The notes: generated by a model not told the origin, from the letters alone. A stretch of 64,000 nt of DNA from a virus (IMGVR_UViG_3300029705_000104:1-64000), one strand, 5' to 3'; counted from the stretch's first letter, positions 8,430 to 17,836 are shown. Translations and numbers: made by a program.

Positions 8430-9443
8430 TTAATACATGTATTCTGCAGCCTCTTTTTGAGTCATAAAGAAATGAATGCCTGATGCACACGTAATCCAAC
8501 GGTCTTCATTAAAGTCTGGGACCTCAACCGTTTTATTAAGTTCATAAATAAAATCATTATCAAAATAACTACAAATTACAAAATGCTCATCATCGATTTT
8601 GGTTGGCTGGCCAGTCAGTATATTATACACTCCGATTACACGCGCTTTGCTGCATCTACATTTTCGACAAAATGCATTCGATCTTTTGGCATCTTCTTCG
8701 ATCTGTAGTTTTAAGATTACCTCATATGAAGAATACTGTTCTTCATCATCAATATCGTCTTTGCACCTTACGAGGCATTTCTTCCAACCAATAAAAGATC
8801 CTTCAGATGGGCACAGTTGAGGAATATCAGGTTCTCCTTGATCGAAAGATGTATCTGTCAAATTAAAATGAGTCTGACCGCCAATAAATGTTGTTTCACT
8901 GAAATCCGAATGATCTATTTGCATGCCTAAAATCCAACAGTCGAAAAACCGAGAGTCGTAAAAAATAGCATTATCAACCTTATTATCATAGAGGCGGCAG
9001 TTAGTCATTTTTGTTCTTGTCAAACGCATAGCTGAGAAAATAGTTTCAGATAAATCGCATTTCACAAATATGCATTCAATAAATGTTGCTCCTGTGAAAT
9101 CGCATTTCGTTAAAGTACAATTAACAAATACACATTTTTTGAAAAAGGCGCCTTTAAAGATAGCACCTCTAAGATTTGCATCAACAACATTCCATTCGTT
9201 AATTGTTTTTTCAGAAAAATCAGCTCTTAAATGTTTATTATCCTCCAATAGTCCATAATAATCTTCATCCCCAGCATATAATGGCTTTAGTAAAAAATCT
9301 CTTGATTCTAGGTCATACATTTTATCATAATTTTGTTTTCTAAAAAGGTCTTTTCTGCATGTGTCAATAACATCTAACCATTTTTTATGCTCTTCGAGTT
9401 TCTTAGGGAGCAGATAGTTTTCCTCAAAAGTATTCATATTCAT
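8430..9443 (-). CDS. pentapeptide-repeat protein with C-terminal CxxGIHFF domain
   Basis: Tandem A(D/N)LxF-type pentapeptides (FKKCVFVNCTLTKCDFTGATFIECIFVKCDLSETIF...). C-terminal ~110 aa is paralogous to 9451-9882 and 25944-26468. Confidence 0.6.
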   Translation of the reverse strand: MNMNTFEENYLLPKKLEEHKKWLDVIDTCRKDLFRKQNYDKMYDLESRDFLLKPLYAGDEDYYGLLEDNKHLRADFSEKTINEWNVVDANLRGAIFKGAFFKKCVFVNCTLTKCDFTGATFIECIFVKCDLSETIFSAMRLTRTKMTNCRLYDNKVDNAIFYDSRFFDCWILGMQIDHSDFSETTFIGGQTHFNLTDTSFDQGEPDIPQLCPSEGSFIGWKKCLVRCKDDIDDEEQYSSYEVILKLQIEEDAKRSNAFCRKCRCSKARVIGVYNILTGQPTKIDDEHFVICSYFDNDFIYELNKTVEVPDFNEDRWITCASGIHFFMTQKEAAEYMY

Positions 9444-9450
9444 ACTCCTT

Positions 9451-9882
9451 TTATAATGTGTATTCCATTGCTTCTTCTTTAGTCATAAAGAAATGAATTC
9501 CATTGCTGCATTCATTTAATGGATTTGGATCAAAAGCATCAGGTACAATAATATCACCTATTTGATAATGAAAGTTCTCATTAAAGTTACTATAATAGAT
9601 GAAATTAAAACCTAAAATGGTTTTAGGATCCGTTAATTCATTAACCAATTCATAAAAACACGAACTATTTCTGATTAATAGAATTTCTAAAACTTTTGCT
9701 TTACTGCATCTGCATTTTCTTCCAAAAGCATTTGAACGTTGTGCATCTTCTTGAATTTCTAGTTTGGCTAAAGCATCTCCAGAGTACATGCGTCCGTCAT
9801 ATTTATTTTCAGCATAAAATCTTATTTTTTCCAGCCAATAAAAGAACCAGTATCTGGACAATTCCTTTCCCATTTTGGCCAT
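9451..9882 (-). CDS. C-terminal CxxGIHFF domain fragment; downstream part of a frameshifted pentapeptide-repeat paralog
   Basis: Aligns with the C-terminus of 8430-9443 (QEDAQRSNAFGRKCRCSKAKV vs EEDAKRSNAFCRKCRCSKARV). Joined to 9822-10508 by a 1-nt shift at an A6 run. Confidence 0.5.
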   Translation of the reverse strand: MAKMGKELSRYWFFYWLEKIRFYAENKYDGRMYSGDALAKLEIQEDAQRSNAFGRKCRCSKAKVLEILLIRNSSCFYELVNELTDPKTILGFNFIYYSNFNENFHYQIGDIIVPDAFDPNPLNECSNGIHFFMTKEEAMEYTL

Positions 9883-10508
9883 TCAATAAATGCATCTTTT
9901 GGAATATCCCCAGGTAATCCACAGTCAACGAATTGAGTGAATTTTGCATTTATTTTGTGCATTGTGAACTCAAAAAGACCGCAACTTACAAATATATCAC
10001 TCGTAAATTTTGATTCCTTAGCACATGAATCTGTAAATAAGCAATCAATAAAATCAGTACGCTCGCAAAAACAATTTACGAATGTAACATGACCAAAGTC
10101 ACAATTTTTGAATATACATTTTTTAAAGACAGTTTTCGATAAATTAAGTGACATAAAAGAGCAGTCAATAAATGTACAATTTTCAAAATATACTCCATCA
10201 AATGCCACTTGAGGAAAAATTTCTTTGGTGAATACGTAGTGCTTAATGCATTCTCCGGAAGCAAAATTAATTTTTGTACCTCCATCACCAAAATAATTAG
10301 GCAATTCTAAGGTCGATAGATTTCGAATCAAAAAATCTTTTAAATGGTATCTGACTATAGAATCGCCAAGAATAGTGTTACTTGTAAGTTCCTGACTATC
10401 ACATCGTTGTTTTAAAAATGGTGAGGCATATGTATTACCAACTTGTACAAGCCAATCATGGTGTTGCTCTAGACGTTCAAGGATTTTATTATTGCTATAG
10501 GTATCCAT
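9822..10508 (-). CDS. pentapeptide-repeat protein; N-terminal part of the frameshifted paralog
   Basis: Pentapeptide repeats; ends ...GSFIGWKK-stop exactly where paralog 8430-9443 continues GSFIGWKKCLVRC. Confidence 0.5.
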   Translation of the reverse strand: MDTYSNNKILERLEQHHDWLVQVGNTYASPFLKQRCDSQELTSNTILGDSIVRYHLKDFLIRNLSTLELPNYFGDGGTKINFASGECIKHYVFTKEIFPQVAFDGVYFENCTFIDCSFMSLNLSKTVFKKCIFKNCDFGHVTFVNCFCERTDFIDCLFTDSCAKESKFTSDIFVSCGLFEFTMHKINAKFTQFVDCGLPGDIPKDAFIEWPKWERNCPDTGSFIGWKK

Positions 10509-10526
10509 ATTTTTACTCCTCGTCTT

Positions 10527-10925
10527 TTAATCCATTTTTAATCTGGTTGGTCCTTCTTTTGCTACCCATCGCATAAAACGTCCGTAATCTTTATGATCTA
10601 AAAAAGGGAAATATAAAGTTTGTGGCCAAAACTTCTTATTTTTTAATCTCCACTGTTCTAAATCTAAGCCATAACTCGTACCAACAATTTCTTCATATTT
10701 CTTAGCACTATAATATGCTTCTTCCATATTCTGGCATACGAGAAACACACAATCAATATTATCCATACCTGTCCAATCTAAATATTGGCCACATTTAAGG
10801 CATAAATTTTTGTACATTTTCTTTTTCTGAGTCCATATACTTTTGCATCGAGGACAAATATAAAGAATTCGATTGCCACTTGTTTTTCGAATGATAGGCC
10901 GTTTATTCGTATTTGGAGCAGCCAT
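10527..10925 (-). CDS. zinc-ribbon protein
   Basis: CPRC...CLKC motif; 132 aa. Confidence 0.35.
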   Translation of the reverse strand: MAAPNTNKRPIIRKTSGNRILYICPRCKSIWTQKKKMYKNLCLKCGQYLDWTGMDNIDCVFLVCQNMEEAYYSAKKYEEIVGTSYGLDLEQWRLKNKKFWPQTLYFPFLDHKDYGRFMRWVAKEGPTRLKMD

Positions 10926-11073
10926 AACTTATCTCCTTAATTCTTTTCCACAATGTACGCATATGATACAAAAGTCTTTTATCTCGTATTCATGGCCGAA
11001 TAGCCAACATCCTAGACATTTAAACGACTTATGAATAATATGACAGAATCTGAGCATATAAATCTACCCCTTG

Positions 11074-11112
11074 AAAAAAAAAAAATCAGGAGACCAGTTT
11101 TTCTGATCTCCT
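11074..11112 (-). terminator. intrinsic terminator (hairpin + T-run on minus strand)
   Basis: Plus strand A12 then AGGAGACCAG-ttttt-CTGATCTCCT hairpin; downstream of gene 11132-11338. Confidence 0.5.
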
Positions 11113-11131
11113 AATTCACGGTCATAATCCC

Positions 11132-11338
11132 TTACTTTTTCTGTGCAGGCTTATTGTTTTTTACGGTTTCGGTCTTTGCAGGTTCGGGCAGTGCCAGTCC
11201 GATTTCAATGCTCCTATTCGGCGCTTCCAGCAACGGTTTTCCGTCGATTGCATTCAACGTTACCCGCACGCCAACAGCGGCCAGAATAGATCCAACAATA
11301 GTCAGACCAATAATTCCCAATGCTTTTCCGATATTCAT
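11132..11338 (-). CDS. small membrane protein
   Basis: 68 aa; hydrophobic core GIIGLTIVGSILAAVGV. Confidence 0.35.
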   Translation of the reverse strand: MNIGKALGIIGLTIVGSILAAVGVRVTLNAIDGKPLLEAPNRSIEIGLALPEPAKTETVKNNKPAQKK

Positions 11339-11403
11339 TTGTAAAGCCTCCTTTTAAATATTAGGGTTTTATCCCATTAATAGATATGTTTATAATGCGT
11401 GTT

Positions 11404-11859
11404 TTATGGATTATTTTTAACAAAACGGTCATACATTACAATACTTCCAGCAGTAGAGACATTCATGCAATGATCTCCAGGAAGTTGCACAATAGTATAG
11501 CAATCGTTTAAAACTTTTTTAGAGATACCACTATCTTCTGCTCCTAAAAGATAAATACATCTTTCAGGATGAATGAATCTTTGTATAGGTATACTATTCT
11601 CATCTAACTCAATTGCTATAACCGGGCAATCACATGGGATGTGCTTTTTGAAATCCTCCCAGTTTGCATAATGAAACAAAGGAATATGCTTTTGAGTTTT
11701 CATGGTATCGCTACATTGATTAGAATAACGTTTTCCAATTGTAAAAATAAATTGTGCACCTAAAATGTTAGCGCTACGCCACAAGGTACCAATATTTTTA
11801 GCATTTTTGGCATTAAAAATTCCAATACCAAAATATCCTCGTTTATTCTTTTCAGTCAT
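11404..11859 (-). CDS. SPOUT (SpoU/TrmH-TrmL-like) RNA 2'-O-methyltransferase
   Basis: Motifs GIGIFNAKNAKNIGTLWRSA, LLGAEDSGIS and MNVSTAGSIVMYD match SPOUT motifs 1-3; size like TrmL. Likely start at the internal Met MTEKNKRGYFG. Confidence 0.6.
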   Translation of the reverse strand: MTEKNKRGYFGIGIFNAKNAKNIGTLWRSANILGAQFIFTIGKRYSNQCSDTMKTQKHIPLFHYANWEDFKKHIPCDCPVIAIELDENSIPIQRFIHPERCIYLLGAEDSGISKKVLNDCYTIVQLPGDHCMNVSTAGSIVMYDRFVKNNP

Positions 11860-11872
11860 TGTTAATATGCTC

Positions 11873-12316
11873 CTATTTTCGTATTTGAGATACCCAAATA
11901 TTCTTTTCTTCGCATTTAATGGCATATTTATTGTATTCTTTTAGAAGCCAATCTAGCATATCGTATGATGGAAATTTCATAAGGTCCGGATCTGGAATAG
12001 CAAAATTTAATTCTTCGTCCTGATTCCTGCCATAAGGGCATAAAAAAGGGCTTATATTATGATGCTCGGCAAAATGCTTTAAGAATACAATCTCACGTTC
12101 ATTGCCTCTCAAAATATAAGTATTACGCCAAAGCATTGTCCAAAAGATAGCGGCAACTGTTTTTCCTGTTCCTCTGTCCCAATCTTTCCATTGATATGGA
12201 TACGGATAGTTATGATTAAGAACAACTTGCTTTTGTTTTTTGGTTAACTTAATACTTGTAGCCTTTTGAATTTTATGAAGTCTCCATCTGATGATAATTC
12301 TAGTAAAAATATTCAT
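11873..12316 (-). CDS. hypothetical protein
   Basis: 147-aa ORF. Confidence 0.3.
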   Translation of the reverse strand: MNIFTRIIIRWRLHKIQKATSIKLTKKQKQVVLNHNYPYPYQWKDWDRGTGKTVAAIFWTMLWRNTYILRGNEREIVFLKHFAEHHNISPFLCPYGRNQDEELNFAIPDPDLMKFPSYDMLDWLLKEYNKYAIKCEEKNIWVSQIRK

Positions 12317-12537
12317 GTTTCTTTCTTCCTTAAAATATAAACAATTTTATCTCCATTTTTTAGAGTAATTGTAATTGCCGCAGGAATTTGGTATGAATTA
12401 TCGGTTATTTCACCATTTACTTCTTTTGTTTCCGGCGTAATATAAGTAGGTCTATAATCCTCTACTTTCCCTTTAAGGTGCAATGACCTAACTACGGAGT
12501 TATAAAATTCACCATATGTCATCTGCATAAATATCAT
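12313..12537 (-). CDS. hypothetical protein
   Basis: 74-aa ORF; overlaps the downstream start, suggesting translational coupling. Confidence 0.3.
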   Translation of the reverse strand: MIFMQMTYGEFYNSVVRSLHLKGKVEDYRPTYITPETKEVNGEITDNSYQIPAAITITLKNGDKIVYILRKKET

Positions 12538-12543
12538 CCTTTT

Positions 12544-13125
12544 TTAAAGATCTTTTATTACTGTATTATCTTTATCGTCCGTAATCGGAAGATAAATATA
12601 GAATAAGGAATGTCGGTTCCCAGAATTCTTATATAGAGCATGCTCTATCACAATAATAGAATCGTCATTAACCAATGTTCTCTGACTTACTGCATAATAA
12701 GTTCGAGCAGCATTGTGATCTGGATCCAAAAGGTTCCCACGATAAAAGATCATATCGTTTAAATTGGTGATCGCAGGTCCGTATTTCTGTTCGAGTCCCT
12801 CTTCGATCATATTATATGGATCCATCATAGTATCAATATTTTTTGAACTGCGAACTCTATAACTAATAAAAATCTTGTTAAGTTTATGATTGTCAAAAAA
12901 GTATGTAATAGTAGAATTAGGTATCCCGCTCAAGGTCATATATGGGCTAAATACTTTATCGCCATATACTTCAAATGTTTGGCCCTCTTTCTCTAGAATA
13001 GTATCTATACTATCGCCAAATGAAATATCATTGCGAAAATGAAAATCTTCCCCGAAGGCAACAGATGAGAGTAACATAAGAGTTAGCATAGCTACCAGAA
13101 TACAAGCAATAATTTTTTGAGCCAT
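12544..13125 (-). CDS. secreted protein (signal peptide)
   Basis: MAQKIIACILVAMLTLMLLSSVAFG signal peptide; 193 aa. Confidence 0.4.
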   Translation of the reverse strand: MAQKIIACILVAMLTLMLLSSVAFGEDFHFRNDISFGDSIDTILEKEGQTFEVYGDKVFSPYMTLSGIPNSTITYFFDNHKLNKIFISYRVRSSKNIDTMMDPYNMIEEGLEQKYGPAITNLNDMIFYRGNLLDPDHNAARTYYAVSQRTLVNDDSIIVIEHALYKNSGNRHSLFYIYLPITDDKDNTVIKDL

Positions 13126-13140
13126 CTAAATGACCTCCTC

Positions 13141-13554
13141 TTAAATATGTCCACGATTCTGAAGTTCGTATAAATTCTGATGGAGAGCTGATGATAGCAT
13201 AGCAACATCCAAATTATAAGTTGCACTTTTAGCCATACCTTCTGCCAAATTATTTGTTAGAATTTCTTCAGCCTTGTTATGAGCAGCCGAAATAATTCGC
13301 TTGGCCCTTTCGTTTACTTCTTCTTCAACTGCAGGTAAAGAAAGAAACTCTTCGATTTTTTGGACATAGCGTTTAACTAATTTATCTTTTAAAATTTCTT
13401 CAAATCGTGAATCTCTATTATAAGGACCTTTAGTATTTAACTCATTGTAGGCTTTGCGAGCAGTGGCTAACAAATCTTCATCACTAATTTCTGCTGCAAA
13501 TAACGTCGCTAATTGGTTTCCAAATACTTCATCAACTTTAGCTGATATATTCAT
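13141..13554 (-). CDS. hypothetical protein
   Basis: 137-aa ORF, helical. Confidence 0.3.
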   Translation of the reverse strand: MNISAKVDEVFGNQLATLFAAEISDEDLLATARKAYNELNTKGPYNRDSRFEEILKDKLVKRYVQKIEEFLSLPAVEEEVNERAKRIISAAHNKAEEILTNNLAEGMAKSATYNLDVAMLSSALHQNLYELQNRGHI

Positions 13555-13668
13555 ATTTTCACCTTCTATAATTCAGTTTTTCCACACTTAGTACAAATTT
13601 GATGAACCATACCAAATATCGCTGTTTCCATTGGAGTTGATAAACGATAGTCATGAAGGCAAAATGGT

Positions 13669-14013
13669 CTATTTAATATCATTTGGAGCTTCTTTTTTAG
13701 CTTTTTCATTTTCTTTCATATCCTTCTTTATGGATTGAAGCATTTTAATAAGAGAGGTTACTTGTTGAATTGTGTCAAAATCCAGACCAAAGATCTGTTC
13801 AACAATATCATCATCGGCAAGAATAATGTTTTCTCTTCCTGGTCTATGCTTTTTTAAGGTTCTTCCAAACAGTAAAGCCGGGGATCCAGTATTATTATTT
13901 TCTGTCTTAGTAATCAAAAGGTGCCCTGGTTCAAAAGAAAAACCTTTAAACTCGTGATCGTCCACAATTTGCGTAGCCTGAGAATTAGGAAATGGATGTG
14001 AGTAATGCAACAT
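13669..14013 (-). CDS. hypothetical protein
   Basis: 114-aa ORF. Confidence 0.3.
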   Translation of the reverse strand: MLHYSHPFPNSQATQIVDDHEFKGFSFEPGHLLITKTENNNTGSPALLFGRTLKKHRPGRENIILADDDIVEQIFGLDFDTIQQVTSLIKMLQSIKKDMKENEKAKKEAPNDIK

Positions 14014-14028
14014 AATATTATCTCTCCT

Positions 14029-14424
14029 TTACAAAATAGCATAAATTCTTCCGTCAGCATATAAAATTGTTCGATCTGGAGGAATATAATTAGGATCAAA
14101 CTCATCAAGGGCTTCCATAATAACAAGATCAATAGGTGCCGAATCAATATCAAAAGGATTGAAAGTATGAAACTTTGTATGGTATTTGCATTGGTCGCAC
14201 TGTACCATTACTCCGCTATCTCCAATAAAAACATCAGGAGCCTGCTGCATTGTTAACACAGAATATTCAGTACTTCCACAAATAGGGCAATGTCTTTTTA
14301 AATCACCTGTTGCGTGCTGATTAGTCACATACTCTGCTTGACTAATGGATGAGTCACAATATTCGCAAGTATGAGATCTCCATGGAATTGGTGCTCCACA
14401 ATTTTTGCAATTCATATAAATCAC
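14029..14424 (-). CDS. double zinc-ribbon protein
   Basis: CKNCG...CEYC and CPICG...CDQC motifs. Confidence 0.35.
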   Translation of the reverse strand: MIYMNCKNCGAPIPWRSHTCEYCDSSISQAEYVTNQHATGDLKRHCPICGSTEYSVLTMQQAPDVFIGDSGVMVQCDQCKYHTKFHTFNPFDIDSAPIDLVIMEALDEFDPNYIPPDRTILYADGRIYAIL

Positions 14425-14427
14425 CTC

Positions 14428-14652
14428 TTATTTACTTAATAAATAAGGCGGTAAAATATTCCAAAATAATTTAGTTCCGCAATTTTTGCAAACCTCATCA
14501 TGTTCCAAAGCTCCAAATTGATGTCGACATTTTGGGCAAACAGGTGCATACACAACTTCATCAAAATCAGTTCCACCACAGTCTGGTGGGCAAGATAACA
14601 TAACCGGCTCAAATGCAACTGGAGTTCTACCATTTAATTCGCTTTTATACAT
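14428..14652 (-). CDS. zinc-ribbon protein
   Basis: CPPDCGG...CPKCRHQF...CKNCGTKL. Confidence 0.35.
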   Translation of the reverse strand: MYKSELNGRTPVAFEPVMLSCPPDCGGTDFDEVVYAPVCPKCRHQFGALEHDEVCKNCGTKLFWNILPPYLLSK

Positions 14653-14828
14653 TTAATTCACCTCACGAATATCCAGTATCTTTCTTAACTGTAGCGAGAA
14701 GTTCCAAGAACGCAGTTGTTACTCGAAAATCGCCAATAACACCTCCATTATTTAAGGTGTCGTACATATTAAGAGCTTCAGAAATATAATCTTCACCATA
14801 GTGCTGAGCTATCCATTTTTCAAAAATA

Positions 14829-15527
14829 TCACGGAACTCTGGCTTGTTTTTGCCACCGCTCTTCCCGTTTTTGCTTCTTTTCCTGAGTCTTAAGAATAAA
14901 TTTTTTATACTCTTCATACGTCTTAAACCTCACATGATTAAATGTAGTAACGTCGAGACAATCTTCTCCGTTTGCGAATTCATACTCATTTGTTGAAATA
15001 ATGAAATATACGTCAGTACCCGGATTGTCCTCTATGACGACTTTAACAAGATCTTCTTTTATACTTAAGATACCATCAATTGATAATCCGGACCCAACTG
15101 CGTCTAATAGAATCCAAATTTCTTTATAATCTTTAGATTCAGATGTGCGTTTTGTTTTAATTTTATGGCCAATGTGTCTAGCTTGTTCACATATGCCATG
15201 CATTATCTTTTCGCCTTCAGATTCAGTCATGGCTTGCGACACAAGATCGAATCGTTGAAAAAATGAAAATTTTGAAGCAAGATTAGCGCTTCCATCTGGA
15301 CCTTTATCGTCATAGCATAAAAGCAAAATAGATTTGTCCTTTCTTGCTATAGACATAAGCTGATCGTTTAGTAAAGTTAATAATGTAGATTTTCCAGATC
15401 CATTGCAACCGACTAATGCCGTCAACCCTGGATTAAAGCCAATATCTTTTCTAGAATATAGACGAAACGAATCATCAAATGGCCTTGTTGGAATTATAAA
15501 ATTCTTTTTAAAGGATTGGTCCTGCAT
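14829..15527 (-). CDS. small ABC-type/P-loop ATPase-like protein
   Basis: Walker A LVGCNGSGKSTLL, signature-like MTESEGEK, Walker B-like IWILLDAVGSG. Confidence 0.45.
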   Translation of the reverse strand: MQDQSFKKNFIIPTRPFDDSFRLYSRKDIGFNPGLTALVGCNGSGKSTLLTLLNDQLMSIARKDKSILLLCYDDKGPDGSANLASKFSFFQRFDLVSQAMTESEGEKIMHGICEQARHIGHKIKTKRTSESKDYKEIWILLDAVGSGLSIDGILSIKEDLVKVVIEDNPGTDVYFIISTNEYEFANGEDCLDVTTFNHVRFKTYEEYKKFILKTQEKKQKREERWQKQARVP

Positions 15528-15540
15528 AATAATAGCCTCC

Positions 15541-15939
15541 TTAGTCTTCGTCTAAAGTCATCACTTTCTTAATAATAAAAGCACCCGTACCATAATACAA
15601 ATCATCACGAATATTTTTAACCGGTTCGTCATTAGCATTAAACCATATTCCTACCTCGCCGATTGAGAAACAAGCAACATTATATGAATTTTCATAAAAA
15701 TAAGGATAGCTCAATTCTAGCTTACAAAAGTTTTCATCAAAAGGTATACCCTTTTCTTCGGCGAATTTACGAAGTTTTTCCATAGCTTTTTCTTCTGTTG
15801 AATATAAGCCTAGCGGCTCCAATACAGGACTATACTTTGCATTAATATTACGACCATTTCTATAAAACCAATCTTTAGGATATTTAGTTATATATGAAGT
15901 AAAATCTAATACCTCATACCAAACTAATTCCATAGCCAT
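15541..15939 (-). CDS. hypothetical protein
   Basis: 132-aa ORF. Confidence 0.3.
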   Translation of the reverse strand: MAMELVWYEVLDFTSYITKYPKDWFYRNGRNINAKYSPVLEPLGLYSTEEKAMEKLRKFAEEKGIPFDENFCKLELSYPYFYENSYNVACFSIGEVGIWFNANDEPVKNIRDDLYYGTGAFIIKKVMTLDED

Positions 15940-16730
15940 TTAAAAATCTCCTTTCTTAATCGGCAGCTTCTGCTATAGTGTTACTTAATGTGTCACCTCT
16001 AGAAGCGGATAAACGCGTTGCGAGCTCTATTTCAAGGCTTCTTGTTCAAAATTGATTAAGAAGTGGAATATCAACGGAAATACCTTTGAGCATTTCTTCA
16101 TATTTTTCTAGAAACCTAATGATATCTAATGCCATATCTTTATTTAAAGGTAATGATGTGTCTTTTTGACTAGAATTATTAAATACATTCAATAATGCGG
16201 ATTTTCTAGATTCTACTTTGACAATTTCTGAATTGATCTCTTTGACAGTTGTAAGCATTTTGTTTTACCCCCTTTTTAAAAAAGTATTTCTTGGCAGGTA
16301 GAAGTATTTTCATTTTGATCGATTCGTCTAGTTGTAGGTTGTCTTTGAAGAGTTGCTTTTGTACTCTGTTTAATATTATAAAACTGTACACCTAAGCGTT
16401 CTAATCGCATTCGCAGTTCATTAATGACAGAAATACATAGTTCAGCATTTATTCCATCCAAACTATTTTTATCTGCTGCCTTACTATTAAGCCAAGTCAT
16501 TACTTGTTCCATACTTTTTCTGCTAGGCATTGGCTCACCTTCTTTTTACATCCCAATGATGAATAGTATATCTTGGATTACTTTGCCCAGGCCAATCTTT
16601 ATCAGATGATCTTGTGACTATTAAGTCATCTTCTCGTAGACCTTTAAGGATTTTCTTTTCTGAATGATCAGTTGTTCCAAAATATACATCCGGATCCTTA
16701 TTCCATTGATAATGTAAAACAGTTACCATA

Positions 16731-17279
16731 TTAAGGATCCTCCTCCAAATACTTAGTCATAACAAAACCACGATTAGTAACTGACCATTCTTCTGTTTTA
16801 TACCAAACCTTCAAATGGTCACCATTATGAAGCCATTTAAGACGATCCCCGTTGATGCATTTTCTACAAGCTACTCTGGCTTTTGAAATGATGCAATATC
16901 CTTCACCATCGAGAGGTTCAGGTTCGTCTTCGGTTAGATATCCTGTATAAACCCATCCTTCTCCAGCTTCATTTGATAAATTAGGGCAATATGCATAACC
17001 ATTTTTTACTTTATTACTAATGGTTACGATTTCACCAGGCATCAAATATCCCGCGACTTCACTTTTTCGACTAGGATGAAGCCTAATATAAATAAAATCA
17101 TCGGGTTGGCAAATGGCATACATTTCTCTAAGCTCATCTTCAGCATTAGCTGTCCGTGCAGCAATTAATATGCCTACAACAAAAAGAAATAAAATAAGCG
17201 CAATAGCTAAGTATTTTGTAAAATATCTCATTTTATATCTCCTTTCTGATCTGAAAATAATGAGAGGAGTTGTTTCCAT
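16731..17279 (-). CDS. membrane-anchored protein with two SH3b-like repeats
   Basis: N-terminal TM helix, then two similar segments (GEIVTISNKVKNGYAYCP / GDHLKVWYKTEEWSVT). Confidence 0.35.
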   Translation of the reverse strand: METTPLIIFRSERRYKMRYFTKYLAIALILFLFVVGILIAARTANAEDELREMYAICQPDDFIYIRLHPSRKSEVAGYLMPGEIVTISNKVKNGYAYCPNLSNEAGEGWVYTGYLTEDEPEPLDGEGYCIISKARVACRKCINGDRLKWLHNGDHLKVWYKTEEWSVTNRGFVMTKYLEEDP

Positions 17280-17332
17280 TTTAAACTCCCCTCATTATCG
17301 AGATTCAGCTGACGATTTATAAAATCGCTATT

Positions 17333-17770
17333 TTATCCTAATCTAAATAGTTTTGATATAAATTGGGCTATTTTAATTGCTGTTGGATCTTCTTGGCTCA
17401 AACAGATCGCGAATAATCCGATTGCGCCAACCACTACAAGGGTTGCCATCACCTTCGGTTCTATATAAAATTTTGATTCTTTATATTTTTTCATTATTTC
17501 ATATGCTTTTTGCAACTCGTCACTCAGAGTCTCATATTCAGGCGTTCCGGGTTCAGACTTTGCCATCGCATATTTAATCCGTTCAATATTCCGCTGGATT
17601 TCACGTCCATTAGATCCAATACGAACTACAATATTACCATTTTCATCGGTATTATTTTGTTCATTTTGAATCGCTTCACGGTCATCATGATCTTTCTTGA
17701 TCTTGATACCAATTCCTACAACTGCAACTGCTGCGATAATTCCAATAGGTAACAATAACTTATTCAACAT
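17333..17770 (-). CDS. membrane protein
   Basis: TM helices at both ends; 145 aa. Confidence 0.3.
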   Translation of the reverse strand: MLNKLLLPIGIIAAVAVVGIGIKIKKDHDDREAIQNEQNNTDENGNIVVRIGSNGREIQRNIERIKYAMAKSEPGTPEYETLSDELQKAYEIMKKYKESKFYIEPKVMATLVVVGAIGLFAICLSQEDPTAIKIAQFISKLFRLG

Positions 17771-17808
17771 AAAATACCAGCTCCTTTTTAAAATTTTTAC
17801 AGCTTCAT

Positions 17809-17836
17809 CTCATTTATTAGCATGTTTTGTACACGG
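17809..17836 (-). promoter_or_regulatory. copy of conserved promoter-like motif
   Basis: Minus reading ccgtgtacaaAACATGctaatAAATGAg upstream of gene 17333-17770. Confidence 0.4.

Noticed and set aside
14663-14917. 84-aa ORF overlapping the ABC-like ATPase gene by ~90 nt
   Set aside because: Probably an over-extended call. If real, it starts at a downstream Met; there is no distinctive feature. Not annotated as a confident CDS.
16046-16729. Four short ORFs (16046-16258, 16206-16391, 16276-16530, 16535-16729)
   Set aside because: Mutually overlapping calls of 61-84 aa in different frames. At most two can be real, and I could not decide between them from sequence alone.
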